DNA from: an uncultured Actinomycetota bacterium
GTDB lineage: Bacteria > Actinomycetota > Actinomycetes > CAVWCF01
DNA: 64,000 bases
Direction of reading: 5' to 3'
Assembly (NCBI GenBank): GCA_963753435.1
Contig: CAVWCF010000005.1
Span: 64,001-128,000 of the forward strand
The notes below the pieces were generated by a model. That model was not told where the DNA came from and made no database searches. It was given only the letters and a program-made list of their open reading frames with translations. Shown here piece by piece: positions 52,430 through 62,404 of the stretch; position 1 is the first letter of the stretch; each line of letters starts with the position of its first letter. The translations under genes were made by a program, and so were the position numbers.

Positions 52430-52969
52430 GTGGTTGAGCCAGCGAAGAACGTGAGTGCGCACTCCATCGCTATTCGCCCGGCTGAACTGGCCGATGTCGC
52501 GACCCTGCAGGAACTCAACGAGGCGGCCCTACCGCACGTGACGAGCATGACGGTCGAGGGCTGCGTGCGGTTCCTGGACCTGGCCAGCATCGCTTTGGTG
52601 GTTGAGGACGGGGCCACAGACACGCTGATTGGGTTCTGCCTGGTGCTGGGTCCCGGTCTGGACTACTCCTCGGTCAACTACCGCTGGGTGATGGGCCGAT
52701 ACGAAGACGCGCTCTACCTGGATCGAGTGGTGGTGGCCGCCGCCTGGCGCGGCCGGGGCGTCGGTCAGCGCATCTACGCCGAAGTGGAGCGACGGATGCG
52801 CGCGGATTGGCGCCAGTTCCCGGTACTTGCCCTGGAAGTGAACCTGGATCCGCCAAACCCGGAGTCCTTGGCGTTTCACCGCAAGTTGGGTTTTGAGTCG
52901 GTTGGCGAGCAGACAACTCCGTACGGCGCGCGGGTCGTGTTGATGGCCAAACCGGTGCGGGAAGACTGA
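52430..52969 (+). CDS. GNAT family N-acetyltransferase
   Basis: YSSVNYRW, YLDRVVV..RGRGVG, EVNLDPPNPESLAFH..GF. Confidence 0.88.
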   Translation: MVEPAKNVSAHSIAIRPAELADVATLQELNEAALPHVTSMTVEGCVRFLDLASIALVVEDGATDTLIGFCLVLGPGLDYSSVNYRWVMGRYEDALYLDRVVVAAAWRGRGVGQRIYAEVERRMRADWRQFPVLALEVNLDPPNPESLAFHRKLGFESVGEQTTPYGARVVLMAKPVRED

Positions 52970-52973
52970 CTTC

Positions 52974-53561
52974 GTGACTGATCCCAAGACGACGCTGCAC
53001 GAGTACCTGCGATCCGGGCGTGAAGCGCTGCTCTGGAAGTTGGATGGGCTCGGTGAGTACGACATCCGCCGTCCGTTGGTCCCCACCGGCACCAACCTGC
53101 TCGGGCTCGTCAAGCATGTGGCCAGCGTGGAGGCGGGCTACCTCGGCGACGTGTTCGATCGCCCATTCCCGGAACGGTTCCCTTGGTTCGCAGATGACGC
53201 CGAACCCAACGCGGACATGTGGGCGACGGCCAGCGAAAGCCGCGCGGACATCGTGGACCTGTACCGGCGGGTGTGGGCTCACTCCGATGCGACGATCGGC
53301 GCGCTGGACCTGGACGCCGTCGGCCGGGTCCCGTGGTGGTCACCCGAACGGGCTGCCGTGACCTTGCATCAGGTGCTGGTGCACATGATCGCCGAGACGC
53401 ACCGGCACGCGGGGCACGCAGACATAGTCCGAGAGCTCATCGACGGTTCCGTCGGGTGGCGGCCCGGCAACGAGAACCTGCCGCCGGGGGACAAGCAGTG
53501 GTGGTCGCGGTACCGACAGGAGTTGGAGGAAGCCGCGCAGGCCGCGAAGGACCTGACCTGA
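52974..53561 (+). CDS. DinB/DUF664 family protein
   Basis: PTGTNLLGLVKH and HMIAETHRHAGHADIVRELIDG. Confidence 0.9.
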   Translation: MTDPKTTLHEYLRSGREALLWKLDGLGEYDIRRPLVPTGTNLLGLVKHVASVEAGYLGDVFDRPFPERFPWFADDAEPNADMWATASESRADIVDLYRRVWAHSDATIGALDLDAVGRVPWWSPERAAVTLHQVLVHMIAETHRHAGHADIVRELIDGSVGWRPGNENLPPGDKQWWSRYRQELEEAAQAAKDLT

Positions 53562-53567
53562 ATCGGA

Positions 53568-53864
53568 TCAGGACCCAAGTGCGTCGACGAGCGTGTTTAT
53601 CCGTTCGATGAGTTCGATGTCCTTGCCGGTGACGCCGCCGGCGGAGTGCGTGCTGCAGCGAAAGGTGACTTTGCGCCAACGGATGTCCATGTCCGGGTGG
53701 TGATCGAGTTCTTCCGCCGCAAGCCCAACCTGGCCAACAAGAAAGATCGCGGTTGGGAAGTCCTTGGCCTCGACGGTCCGCTCGAGACTGGCGGAGTCGC
53801 CGTGCCAGCCGTGCAGGTGCGGTAGGTGGGTGGCGAGTTCTCGCTCTGTCAGCAGCATGGTCAT
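53568..53864 (-). CDS. 4a-hydroxytetrahydrobiopterin dehydratase (PCD)
   Basis: DHHPDMDIRWRKVTFRCSTHSAGGVTGKD; start ATG 53864. Confidence 0.92.
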   Translation of the reverse strand: MTMLLTERELATHLPHLHGWHGDSASLERTVEAKDFPTAIFLVGQVGLAAEELDHHPDMDIRWRKVTFRCSTHSAGGVTGKDIELIERINTLVDALGS

Positions 53865-53919
53865 GACTCGACCGTAATGCCGCGCGCGAATGGCCGCTTG
53901 TTCTTGAGAGGCTCCACAG

Positions 53920-54321
53920 ATGGACGCCGAACGATCCCCGGTCATCGTGGGCGCGGCAATCGTGCGCGACGGCAGACTCCTGAGCGCTCGGCGGACCGGC
54001 CCGCCCGAGTTGGCCGGCCGTTGGGAACTACCCGGAGGCAAGGTCGAGCCAGGCGAAGAGCCTGAAGTTGCCTTGGTGCGCGAGGTTCGCGAGGAGCTGG
54101 GCTGCGGCATCCGCATCGTGCAGGCAGTGCCCGGCGAATGGCCACTGCCCGCCGGTCGGGTCATGCGCGTTTGGCTGGCGGAGTTGGTCGATGGCGAACC
54201 GACTGCCGATGCCGCCCACGATGACCTGCGGTGGCTCACCGCCAGCGAACTGGAGTCCGTGCCCTGGCTGGATGCCGACCTGCCGCTGCTGCCGGCCCTG
54301 CGGTCCTACCTGGCCGACTGA
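53920..54321 (+). CDS. NUDIX (MutT-like) pyrophosphohydrolase
   Basis: Nudix box [27 protein letters not shown]. Confidence 0.93.
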   Translation: MDAERSPVIVGAAIVRDGRLLSARRTGPPELAGRWELPGGKVEPGEEPEVALVREVREELGCGIRIVQAVPGEWPLPAGRVMRVWLAELVDGEPTADAAHDDLRWLTASELESVPWLDADLPLLPALRSYLAD

Positions 54322-54370
54322 AAGCCAACGACCCAACCGCGCGCTGGGTACCAGGTGCAGCAGCGGTGCG

Positions 54371-55711
54371 TCAGTCCGAAGTAACGACCGGCGAGAGCGC
54401 CCACGACAACCGTGGGTTGCTCGGCCAAAGCGCTTTGGATTGCTCCAGCGCCGCGGCCGCGCCGTCGGTGTCGTCTTGGCTGTGACGAAGCAGTGCTTCC
54501 GTCAGCAGATCGTCCGCCCGCTGCTGGTCGCTGCGGTTCCACTCCCGGGCCGATTCGAGCGCGGTCGCGGCCGTCGAGTAATCGCCGGTGGCGACCGCCA
54601 GTCGCGCCCGCTGCCCATTCAGCACCGAACCGGTGGACTGCAAGGCCTGGGCCTCGGCGAGAGTGTCGCGACCTTCTTCGGCCAACTTGCCGGAGCCGGA
54701 AAGCGACCCGGACTCCATGCCATCCAGCAGCAGCGTCAAGTGTGCGGATACCGCTTCGTAGCGGCGCTTGCCCCGGCCCCGAACGGCGGCGAGGCGGCGA
54801 CGACTCGTCTCCAGCGCCGCTGAGTAGTCGCCCGTTGCTGCTTGGGCGTCGGCCAGGACGCCGAGGGCGTTGCTGTCCGACGGCTTGTTGGCCAGGACGG
54901 CCTGCGCCTCCTTGGCCGCCTTCTCCGGGTTTCCGGCCGCCAGTGCTGCGGCCGCCGGCTTGCTGCTGCGGGTGGGGATCTTGGCGCCGAGGATCATGAT
55001 CGGGTCGAACTTGACGTCGGCAACGCGTTCCTTCATCGGGATCAGCGCGTTGTCGGTGATCTTGATGTGTTCGGGGCACACCTCGGTGCAGCACTTGGTG
55101 ATGTTGCAGTAGCCGAGGCCGTGCTCGTCCTGGGCCTGGTGCGCGCGGTCCATCGTGTCCAGCGGATGCATCGACAACTCCGCGATGCGCATCAGGAACC
55201 TGGGCCCGGAGAACTCCTTCTTGTTCTCCTCATGGTCGCGGATGACGTGGCAGGTGTTGTTGCACAGGAAGCACTCGATGCACTTGCGGAACTCCTGGCT
55301 GCGCTCCACGTCGACCTGCGCCATGCGGTACTCGCCGGGTGCCAAGTCGGCCGGCGGTGCGAAGGACGGAACCGCTTGGGCCTTCTCGTAGTTGTACGAG
55401 ACGTCGGTCACCAAGTCGCGGATGACCGGGAAGGCGCGGATCGGCGACACCGTGATGACGTCTTCATCGGCCAGCGTGCTCATCCGGGTCATGCACATCA
55501 GCCGGGGCCGACCGTTCACCTCGGCGCTGCAGGAGCCGCACTTGCCGGCCTTGCAGTTCCACCGCACGGCCAAGTCAGGCGCTTGGGTGGCTTGCAGGCG
55601 GTGGATGACGTCGAGAACGACCTCGCCCTCGTTCACCTCGACGGTGAAGTCGTGCAGCGCGCCGGACTCGTCGTCACCGCGCCACACCCGGAACTTCGCG
55701 TCGTACCCCAT
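54371..55711 (-). CDS. sdhB: Sdh1-type succinate dehydrogenase Fe-S subunit fused to a C-terminal TPR-like domain
   Basis: CKAGKCGSC, CIECFLCNNTC, CNITKCCTEVCP, then about 190 extra helical residues in the same frame. Confidence 0.92.
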   Translation of the reverse strand: MGYDAKFRVWRGDDESGALHDFTVEVNEGEVVLDVIHRLQATQAPDLAVRWNCKAGKCGSCSAEVNGRPRLMCMTRMSTLADEDVITVSPIRAFPVIRDLVTDVSYNYEKAQAVPSFAPPADLAPGEYRMAQVDVERSQEFRKCIECFLCNNTCHVIRDHEENKKEFSGPRFLMRIAELSMHPLDTMDRAHQAQDEHGLGYCNITKCCTEVCPEHIKITDNALIPMKERVADVKFDPIMILGAKIPTRSSKPAAAALAAGNPEKAAKEAQAVLANKPSDSNALGVLADAQAATGDYSAALETSRRRLAAVRGRGKRRYEAVSAHLTLLLDGMESGSLSGSGKLAEEGRDTLAEAQALQSTGSVLNGQRARLAVATGDYSTAATALESAREWNRSDQQRADDLLTEALLRHSQDDTDGAAAALEQSKALWPSNPRLSWALSPVVTSD

Positions 55712-57618
55712 CAGGCGTCCACTCCGTCCGCGTCCGAGCCGCCGTCCAGTACGGCAAGTTCCTCTTCGGTCATGTACTTGGCCAACTCGCCGCGATCAAA
55801 CAGCTGCAGCAGGTCCAGCCGCATTGGCGGAAGCGGTTGCTCCCGTACGGCCGCGCCGTCCCCATCCGCCTCGCAGATCAGGTTCACCTTGCGCCATTGC
55901 GGGCGCATGCCCGGGAAGTCCTCGCGGGTGTGACCGCCGCGCGACTCTTCGCGAATGAGCGCCGACCGGGCCAGGCACCAACTAACCAGCAGCATGTTCT
56001 GCAGGTCCAGAGCGAGGTTCCACCCAGGGTTGTAGGCACGCCCGCCCTCGGAGCGGACCCCAGCGGCCCGCTGGGTCAAGCCCTCAAGGCGCGTGATGGC
56101 GTCCTCTAGTTCGGACTTGGTGCGGATGATCCCGACGAGGTCGTTCATGACCTGCTGCAACTCGCTGTGAACGGTGTACGGGTTCTCGCCGTCCGCGCGC
56201 TCCAGTGGAGCCAACGCCTGCGACCGGGCGGACGAGACCGCCGCCTCGGCGACTGCCGGCCGCTCAGAAAGCTTCTCCAGGTACTCCACCGCGCCGAGAC
56301 CGGCGCGGCGACCGAAGACGAGCAAGTCGGAAAGTGAGTTGCCACCGAGCCGGTTGGAACCATGCAGGCCACCGCCGACCTCACCGGCGGCGAACAGCCC
56401 CGGTACCCGTGCGGCCTGGCTGTCGGGGTCGACCTCAACGCCACCCATGACGTAGTGGCAGGTGGGCCCTACTTCCATGGGCTCCTTGGTGATGTCCACG
56501 TCGGCCAGTTCCTTGAACTGGTGGTACATCGAGGGCAGGCGCTTGGTGATCTCTTCCGGCTTGAGCCGACTGGCGATGTCCAAGAACACGCCACCCGCGG
56601 GCGAGCCCCGGCCCGCCTTAACCTCGGAGTTGATCGCCCGGGCGACCTCGTCGCGCGGCAGCAGTTCCGGCGGGCGTCGGTTGTTGTCGGGGTCGGAGTA
56701 CCAGCCGTCGGCCTCTTCCTCGGTTTCGGCGTACTGGGCCCGGAAGACGTCCGGCACGTACTCGAACATGAAGCGCTTGCCCTCGGAGTTCTTCAGCACA
56801 CCACCGTCGCCACGGACCGACTCGGTGACGAGGATCCCCTTGACCGAAGGCGGCCAGACCATGCCGGTCGGGTGGAACTGGACGAACTCCATGTTGACCA
56901 GGGTTGCGCCGGCCTTGAGGGCCAAAGCGTGGCCGTCGCCGGTGTACTCCCACGAGTTGGACGTCACCTTGAACGACTTGCCGATACCGCCGGTGGCCAG
57001 GATCACCGCGGGCGCCTCGAATAGGACGAACTCCCCGGTGGGGCGGTGGTAGCCGAAGGCGCCGGAGATGCTGTCGCCGTCCTTCAGCAGATCGGTAATG
57101 GCGCACTCGGCGAAGACCTTGATCCGGGCCTCGGCGTCGCCGAACTCCTTGGCGTCCTCCTGCTGCAGCGAAACGACCTTCTGCTGCAGCGTGCGAATCA
57201 ACTCCAGGCCGGTGCGGTCACCGACGTGGGCCAGCCGCGGGTACTCGTGCCCGCCGAAGTTTCGCTGGCTGATCTTGCCGTCCTTGGTGCGATCGAAGAG
57301 CGCGCCGTATGTCTCCAACTCCCAGATGCGCTCCGGCGCCTCTTTGGCGTGCAACTCGGCCATCCGCCAGGAGTTGAGGAACTTGCCGCCACGCATCGTG
57401 TCGCGGAAGTGCACCTGCCAGTTGTCGTTGCTGTTGACGTTGCCCATGGCCGCCGCAGCGCCGCCCTCGGCCATGACCGTGTGGGCCTTGCCGAACAGCG
57501 ACTTGGAGATGATCGCGGTACGCAGGCCCGCCTCGCGGGTCTCGATCGCCGCACGCAGCCCGGCGCCGCCGGCGCCGATGACTATTACGTCGTAGGTGTG
57601 CCGCTCGAACTCAGTCAT
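55711..57618 (-). CDS. sdhA: Sdh1-type succinate dehydrogenase flavoprotein
   Basis: GAGGAG, KAHTVMAEGG, QFHPTG, HYVMGG, HGSNRLGGNSL, ESRGGH. Confidence 0.96.
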   Translation of the reverse strand: MTEFERHTYDVIVIGAGGAGLRAAIETREAGLRTAIISKSLFGKAHTVMAEGGAAAAMGNVNSNDNWQVHFRDTMRGGKFLNSWRMAELHAKEAPERIWELETYGALFDRTKDGKISQRNFGGHEYPRLAHVGDRTGLELIRTLQQKVVSLQQEDAKEFGDAEARIKVFAECAITDLLKDGDSISGAFGYHRPTGEFVLFEAPAVILATGGIGKSFKVTSNSWEYTGDGHALALKAGATLVNMEFVQFHPTGMVWPPSVKGILVTESVRGDGGVLKNSEGKRFMFEYVPDVFRAQYAETEEEADGWYSDPDNNRRPPELLPRDEVARAINSEVKAGRGSPAGGVFLDIASRLKPEEITKRLPSMYHQFKELADVDITKEPMEVGPTCHYVMGGVEVDPDSQAARVPGLFAAGEVGGGLHGSNRLGGNSLSDLLVFGRRAGLGAVEYLEKLSERPAVAEAAVSSARSQALAPLERADGENPYTVHSELQQVMNDLVGIIRTKSELEDAITRLEGLTQRAAGVRSEGGRAYNPGWNLALDLQNMLLVSWCLARSALIREESRGGHTREDFPGMRPQWRKVNLICEADGDGAAVREQPLPPMRLDLLQLFDRGELAKYMTEEELAVLDGGSDADGVDA

Positions 57619-57625
57619 TCGGTCC

Positions 57626-58423
57626 TCAGTTGATGAAGCGGAGGTCGGAGATCCACCCGGCGGAGACGGCCATCACGTAGAAGTCGGTGAAGGCCAGGGT
57701 GCCTAGCGTGATCCAGGCGAACTGCATGTGCCGGGTGTTGATCTTGCTCACCCAGGTCCACATCTTGTAGCGGACCGGGTGCTTGGAGAAGTGGGTCAGC
57801 CGCCCGCCGATCGCGTTACGGCAGGAGTGGCAGCTGAGTGTGTAGAACCAGAGCATCACGACGTTGGTAAGGAGAACGACGTTGCCCAGGCCGAAGCCGA
57901 AGCCACCGTCAGCGCCCCGGAAGGCAATTAGCGCGTCGTACGTGTTGATCAGCGAGATGAGTCCGGCGATGTAGAAGAAGTAGCGGTGCAGGTTCTGCCC
58001 GATCAGCGGGAACTGCGTCTCGCCGCTGTACTTGGAGTGCGGTTCGGCGACCGCGCACGCCGGCGGCGACAGCCAGAACGCCCGGTAGTAGGCCTTGCGG
58101 TAGTAGTAGCAGGTGAACCGGAACAGCAGCAGGAACGGCAGGCTCAGCGCCGCGTAGGGGATGAACCAAACGTCCGGCAGGAAGGTGCCGAAGTGGGCCG
58201 CCTCCGGCACGCAGCCGGTGGAGAGGCAAGGTGAGTAGAACGGGGTGAGGTAGTGGAAGTCCTCGACCCAGTACCAGTCCTGCATGAAGACCCGGACCGT
58301 CGCGTACGTGATCCAGGCGACTAGCCCGACAACCGTGAGCAGACCGGGGAGCCACCACCGATCGGTCCGCAGGGTGCGTTCTGAGATCTCTGCCCGACCG
58401 GGGGCGTTAACTCCGAAGGCCAT
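57626..58423 (-). CDS. Sdh1 membrane anchor subunit (Rv0249c-like)
   Basis: RTLRTDRWW, YSPC, FRFTCYYYRKAYYR, SCHSCR, RHMQFAW; ATG 58423 after AGGAGG. Confidence 0.92.
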   Translation of the reverse strand: MAFGVNAPGRAEISERTLRTDRWWLPGLLTVVGLVAWITYATVRVFMQDWYWVEDFHYLTPFYSPCLSTGCVPEAAHFGTFLPDVWFIPYAALSLPFLLLFRFTCYYYRKAYYRAFWLSPPACAVAEPHSKYSGETQFPLIGQNLHRYFFYIAGLISLINTYDALIAFRGADGGFGFGLGNVVLLTNVVMLWFYTLSCHSCRNAIGGRLTHFSKHPVRYKMWTWVSKINTRHMQFAWITLGTLAFTDFYVMAVSAGWISDLRFIN

Positions 58424-58546
58424 CGACTGACTTCCTCCTGCCGGGCACGGCGCCGCGTCGCTGGCACCAACCGATCGCGGGCGCCATCGGAGGGCAAGGG
58501 TAGGCGTCGGTTTGGTCCAGGGTGACCCGGGGGAGACACTTGGGCC

Positions 58547-58562
58547 TGTCATTCGCGTCACA
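58547..58562. promoter_or_regulatory. CRP-like box upstream of the sdh1 operon
   Basis: TGTCA-N6-TCACA, one mismatch to TGTGA-N6-TCACA; the mycobacterial sdh1 operon is CRP-regulated. Confidence 0.6.
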
Positions 58563-58611
58563 TCCGCGTCGGAAGGGTGTCGCGACCTCTCCAACTCAGG
58601 TGGTGCCGGAC

Positions 58612-60465
58612 ATGGCTGTGCGTGAAGACCTGCGCAACGTGGCGATCGTGGCCCACGTCGATCACGGCAAGACGACGCTCGTGGACGCCATGTTGTGGCA
58701 GTCGGGCGCATTCCGGGTCGGATCGGACGTGGCCGAGCGGGTCATGGACTCCATGGACCTGGAGCGGGAGAAGGGCATCACGATCCTGGCCAAGAACACC
58801 GCGGTCGCCTATCCCCGCCCGGACGGCTCCCAGGTGATCCTGAACATCGTCGACACGCCCGGTCACGCCGACTTCGGCGGCGAGGTGGAGCGCGGTCTGG
58901 AGATGGTCGATGGCGTCCTCCTCCTGGTCGACGCCAGTGAGGGGCCGCTGCCACAGACCCGGTTCGTACTGCGCAAGGCGCTGAGCAAGCGACTCCCCAT
59001 CGTGTTGGTGGTGAACAAGGTGGACCGGCCCGACGCGCGGATCTCGGAGGTGATCAACGAGGTCTATGAGCTGTTCCTGGACCTGGACGCCGACGACAGC
59101 CAGATCGACTTCCCCATCGTCTATGCATCGGCGAGAGCCGGTCGCGCCTCGCTGGAGCAGCCCGTCGACGGCGGCATGCCGGCCGAGGACGACCTGGGCC
59201 CGCTGTTCGCAACGCTGCTGGACACCGTGCCGGGACCGGAGTTCGACGAGACCGCCCCGCTGCAGGCGCACGTCACCAACCTGGACGCCTCGCCCTACCT
59301 CGGGCGACTGGCGCTCTGCCGGGTCCGCAACGGCAACATCCGTAAGGGCCAGTCGGTGGCGTGGTGCCGGGCCGACGGAACCGTGGAACGGGTAAAGGTC
59401 GCCGAGCTGCTCATGACCGAGGCCCTGGAACGCGTCCCCGCGGAGGAGGCCGGCCCAGGTGACCTGATCGCAGTCGCCGGGATTCCGGACATCACGATCG
59501 GGGAGACGCTGGCCGACCCCGACGACCCCCGCCCCTTGCCGGTGATCACGGTGGACTCGCCGAGCATCTCGATGACGATCGGCGTCAACTCATCGCCCCT
59601 GTCCGGTGAGGGCGGTTCCAAGCTCACCGCGCGGTTGGTCAAGGCGCGCCTGGACGCCGAGACCATCGGCAACGTGTCCATCCGGGTCCTCGAGACTGAG
59701 CGTCCGGACGTCTGGGAGGTGCAGGGTCGCGGTGAACTGCAACTGGCCGTCCTGGTCGAGTTGATGCGGCGCGAAGGCTTCGAGTTGACGGTAGGCAAGC
59801 CGCAGGTGGTGACGCAGGAGATCGACGGTCGCCTTTGCGAGCCGATGGAACGACTGACGGTTGACGTCCCGGAGGACTACCTGGGGGTGGTGACCCAGTT
59901 GCTGGGCCTGCGCAAGGGCCGCATGGAGCAGATGGTCAACCACGGAACCGGCTGGGTGCGCCTGGAGTACCTGGTGCCGGCCCGGGCCCTGATCGGGTTC
60001 CGCACGGAGTTCCTCACCGAGACTCGCGGCACCGGCCTGCTGCACCACGTCTTCGAGCGCTACGAGCCCTGGCATGGCGAGCTGCGCACGCGCCCGAGTG
60101 GGTCGCTGGTCGCCGACCGGCGTGGTGCGGTCACCTCGTACGCGCTGTACAACCTGCAGGAGCGGGGAACGATGTTCGTCGGCCCGACCACGGAGGTCTA
60201 CGAGGGCATGATCGTGGGCGAGAACTCCCGAGCCGACGACATGGACGTGAACCCCACCAAGGAGCGGAAGCTCTCCAACGTGCGTTCATCCACCGGGGAG
60301 GAACTGGAGCGCCTCATCCCGCCGCGGCTGCTCAGCCTGGAGCAGGCGCTGGAGTTCTGCCGCGAGGACGAATGCGTCGAGGTGACGCCGACCGCCGTTC
60401 GGCTGCGCAAGGTGGAACTGCAGGCGACCGCCCGCGAGAAGACGCGTTCCCGCAGCCGCAAGTAG
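58612..60465 (+). CDS. typA: Translational GTPase TypA/BipA
   Basis: [46 protein letters not shown]. Confidence 0.97.
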   Translation: MAVREDLRNVAIVAHVDHGKTTLVDAMLWQSGAFRVGSDVAERVMDSMDLEREKGITILAKNTAVAYPRPDGSQVILNIVDTPGHADFGGEVERGLEMVDGVLLLVDASEGPLPQTRFVLRKALSKRLPIVLVVNKVDRPDARISEVINEVYELFLDLDADDSQIDFPIVYASARAGRASLEQPVDGGMPAEDDLGPLFATLLDTVPGPEFDETAPLQAHVTNLDASPYLGRLALCRVRNGNIRKGQSVAWCRADGTVERVKVAELLMTEALERVPAEEAGPGDLIAVAGIPDITIGETLADPDDPRPLPVITVDSPSISMTIGVNSSPLSGEGGSKLTARLVKARLDAETIGNVSIRVLETERPDVWEVQGRGELQLAVLVELMRREGFELTVGKPQVVTQEIDGRLCEPMERLTVDVPEDYLGVVTQLLGLRKGRMEQMVNHGTGWVRLEYLVPARALIGFRTEFLTETRGTGLLHHVFERYEPWHGELRTRPSGSLVADRRGAVTSYALYNLQERGTMFVGPTTEVYEGMIVGENSRADDMDVNPTKERKLSNVRSSTGEELERLIPPRLLSLEQALEFCREDECVEVTPTAVRLRKVELQATAREKTRSRSRK

Positions 60466-60655
60466 GTGTCGACCGCTGCTCGGCCAGGTAACGGATTGGT
60501 TGCTATTCGGACGCGGCGCCCGAATTCGTTTGGTTGGACGGTTACCCGCGGGTAAGCATGGCTTCGGCACACCTGCATGTGCAGGCGGGGCTGCCCACCC
60601 TGGCCGCAGCCGGGCACCTGCCCCAACCGGGGCCATCCGAAAGAGGAGGAGACAC

Positions 60656-62284
60656 ATGCGAGTACGCACTCGCTATGGGGCCGTCGTCGTCGGCGCGGCC
60701 GCGCTTGCGCTCGGCCTGAGCGCCTGCGGTGGCGGCACGCCGGAAGCGACCGGCGCCGTCACGATCAACGGGTCCGAGCCGGAGAACCCGCTCGTCCCGT
60801 CGAACACCAACGAGACCGGCGGCGGCAACATCATCGACAACCTGTTCACCGGGCTGGTCGAGTACAACAACGAGACCGCCGAGCCGGAGTTGGCGATGGC
60901 CGAGTCGATCGAGGCCAACGACGACAAGACGGTCTGGACCGTCAAGCTCAAGGACGACTGGACCTTCCACGACGACACCCCGGTCACCGCGAACTCCTTC
61001 GTCGACGCCTGGAACTACGCCTCCTACGGCCCCAACGGCCAGCTGAACTCCTACTTCTTCGGACCCGACGGCCTCGGCATCACCGGCTTCGAAGAGGTCC
61101 AGGGTGAGGACGCCAATGGTGACGAGGCAATCACCGAGGACGAGGCCCCGGTCAAGGAGATGTCCGGCCTGAAGGTCGTGGACGACACCACCTTCGAGGT
61201 CACGCTGGACAACCCGAACGGCCTCTTCGAGACCGTCGTCGGCTACTCCGCCTTCGCCCCGCTGCCGGAGTCGTTCTTCGACGACCCGGATGCCTTTGGC
61301 GAGGCGCCGATCGGCAACGGCCCGTTCGAGTTCGTGGCGTGGGACAAGAAGCAGGAGATCCGCGCGACCGCATTCGAGGGCTACAAGGGCGACGACGCTC
61401 CCAAGGTCAAGGACGTCACCTGGAAGATCTACCAGGAACTCGACGCCGCATACGCCGACCTGCTGGCCGGCAACCTTGATGTTCTGGACTCAATCCCCTC
61501 GTCGGCTCGTGCCGGTGACCAGTACCAGTCCGACCTCGGTGACCGCTGGGTCAACCAGGCGGCCGGTGTCATCCAGACGTTCACGTTCCCGCTGTACGTA
61601 GAGGCGTATGACAACCTCGCGCTGCGGCAGGCCGTGTCCATGGCGTTCGACCGCGAAGAGGTAATCGACATCGCCTTCCCGGGTCGGCTTCCCGCCACCG
61701 GCTACGCCAGCCCGGTTGTCGAGGGCTTCGTCGAGGACCAGTGCGGCGAGTTCTGCACCTACAACCCGGATCGGGCCAAGGAGCTCTTCGCGGAGTCGGG
61801 CTACACCGGTGCGCTGACCCTGGCCTACAACGCAGACGGCGACCACAAGACGTGGACCGAGGCTGTCTGCAACGGCATCAAGAACACGCTCGGGGTGGAG
61901 TGCACCGCAACCCCGTTCGTGGACTTCGCCACGTTCCGTGCCGACATCAACGACCGGAAGATGACTGGTCCGTTCCGGACTGGTTGGCAGATGGACTACC
62001 CGTCCATCGAGAACTTCCTGGCGCCGATCTACTCGTCCAACGGTTCGGCCAACGACGGCGACTACTCCAACGAGCAGGTCGACGCGTTGCTGGTCGAGGC
62101 GAAGGGCCTGACCGGTGACGAGGCGCTGAGCAAGTACCAGGAGGCCGAGAAGCTGGCCGTGGCCGATCTGCCGGCAGTGCCGCTGTGGTACGGCGACACC
62201 ACCGCTGGCTGGTCGGAGTCGGTCGAAAACGTCAAGTTCACCCCGTTCTCCCGGGTGGCCGTGACGGAGATCGAAAAGAACTGA
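60656..62284 (+). CDS. Peptide ABC transporter substrate-binding lipoprotein (DppA/OppA family)
   Basis: Lipobox LSAC, LFTGLVEY, WTFHD..VTANSFVDAWN, GNGPF, RTGWQMDYP; ATG 60656 after GAGGAGG. Confidence 0.93.
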   Translation: MRVRTRYGAVVVGAAALALGLSACGGGTPEATGAVTINGSEPENPLVPSNTNETGGGNIIDNLFTGLVEYNNETAEPELAMAESIEANDDKTVWTVKLKDDWTFHDDTPVTANSFVDAWNYASYGPNGQLNSYFFGPDGLGITGFEEVQGEDANGDEAITEDEAPVKEMSGLKVVDDTTFEVTLDNPNGLFETVVGYSAFAPLPESFFDDPDAFGEAPIGNGPFEFVAWDKKQEIRATAFEGYKGDDAPKVKDVTWKIYQELDAAYADLLAGNLDVLDSIPSSARAGDQYQSDLGDRWVNQAAGVIQTFTFPLYVEAYDNLALRQAVSMAFDREEVIDIAFPGRLPATGYASPVVEGFVEDQCGEFCTYNPDRAKELFAESGYTGALTLAYNADGDHKTWTEAVCNGIKNTLGVECTATPFVDFATFRADINDRKMTGPFRTGWQMDYPSIENFLAPIYSSNGSANDGDYSNEQVDALLVEAKGLTGDEALSKYQEAEKLAVADLPAVPLWYGDTTAGWSESVENVKFTPFSRVAVTEIEKN

Positions 62285-62297
62285 GCAGCACCAAGTA

Positions 62298-62333
62298 GCA
62301 GTCGGCCCGCCGGTCTTCCGGCGGGCCGACTGC
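62298..62333 (+). terminator. 16-bp perfect hairpin after the SBP gene (terminator or mRNA stabiliser)
   Basis: GCAGTCGGCCCGCCGG-tctt-CCGGCGGGCCGACTGC. Confidence 0.8.
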
Positions 62334-62404
62334 ATTCACCGAAGTTGTTAACCCCGGATGCGGCATCCGCGGGCTAGGGTGACGGGCGTCGCGAGGAGGA
62401 GTCT

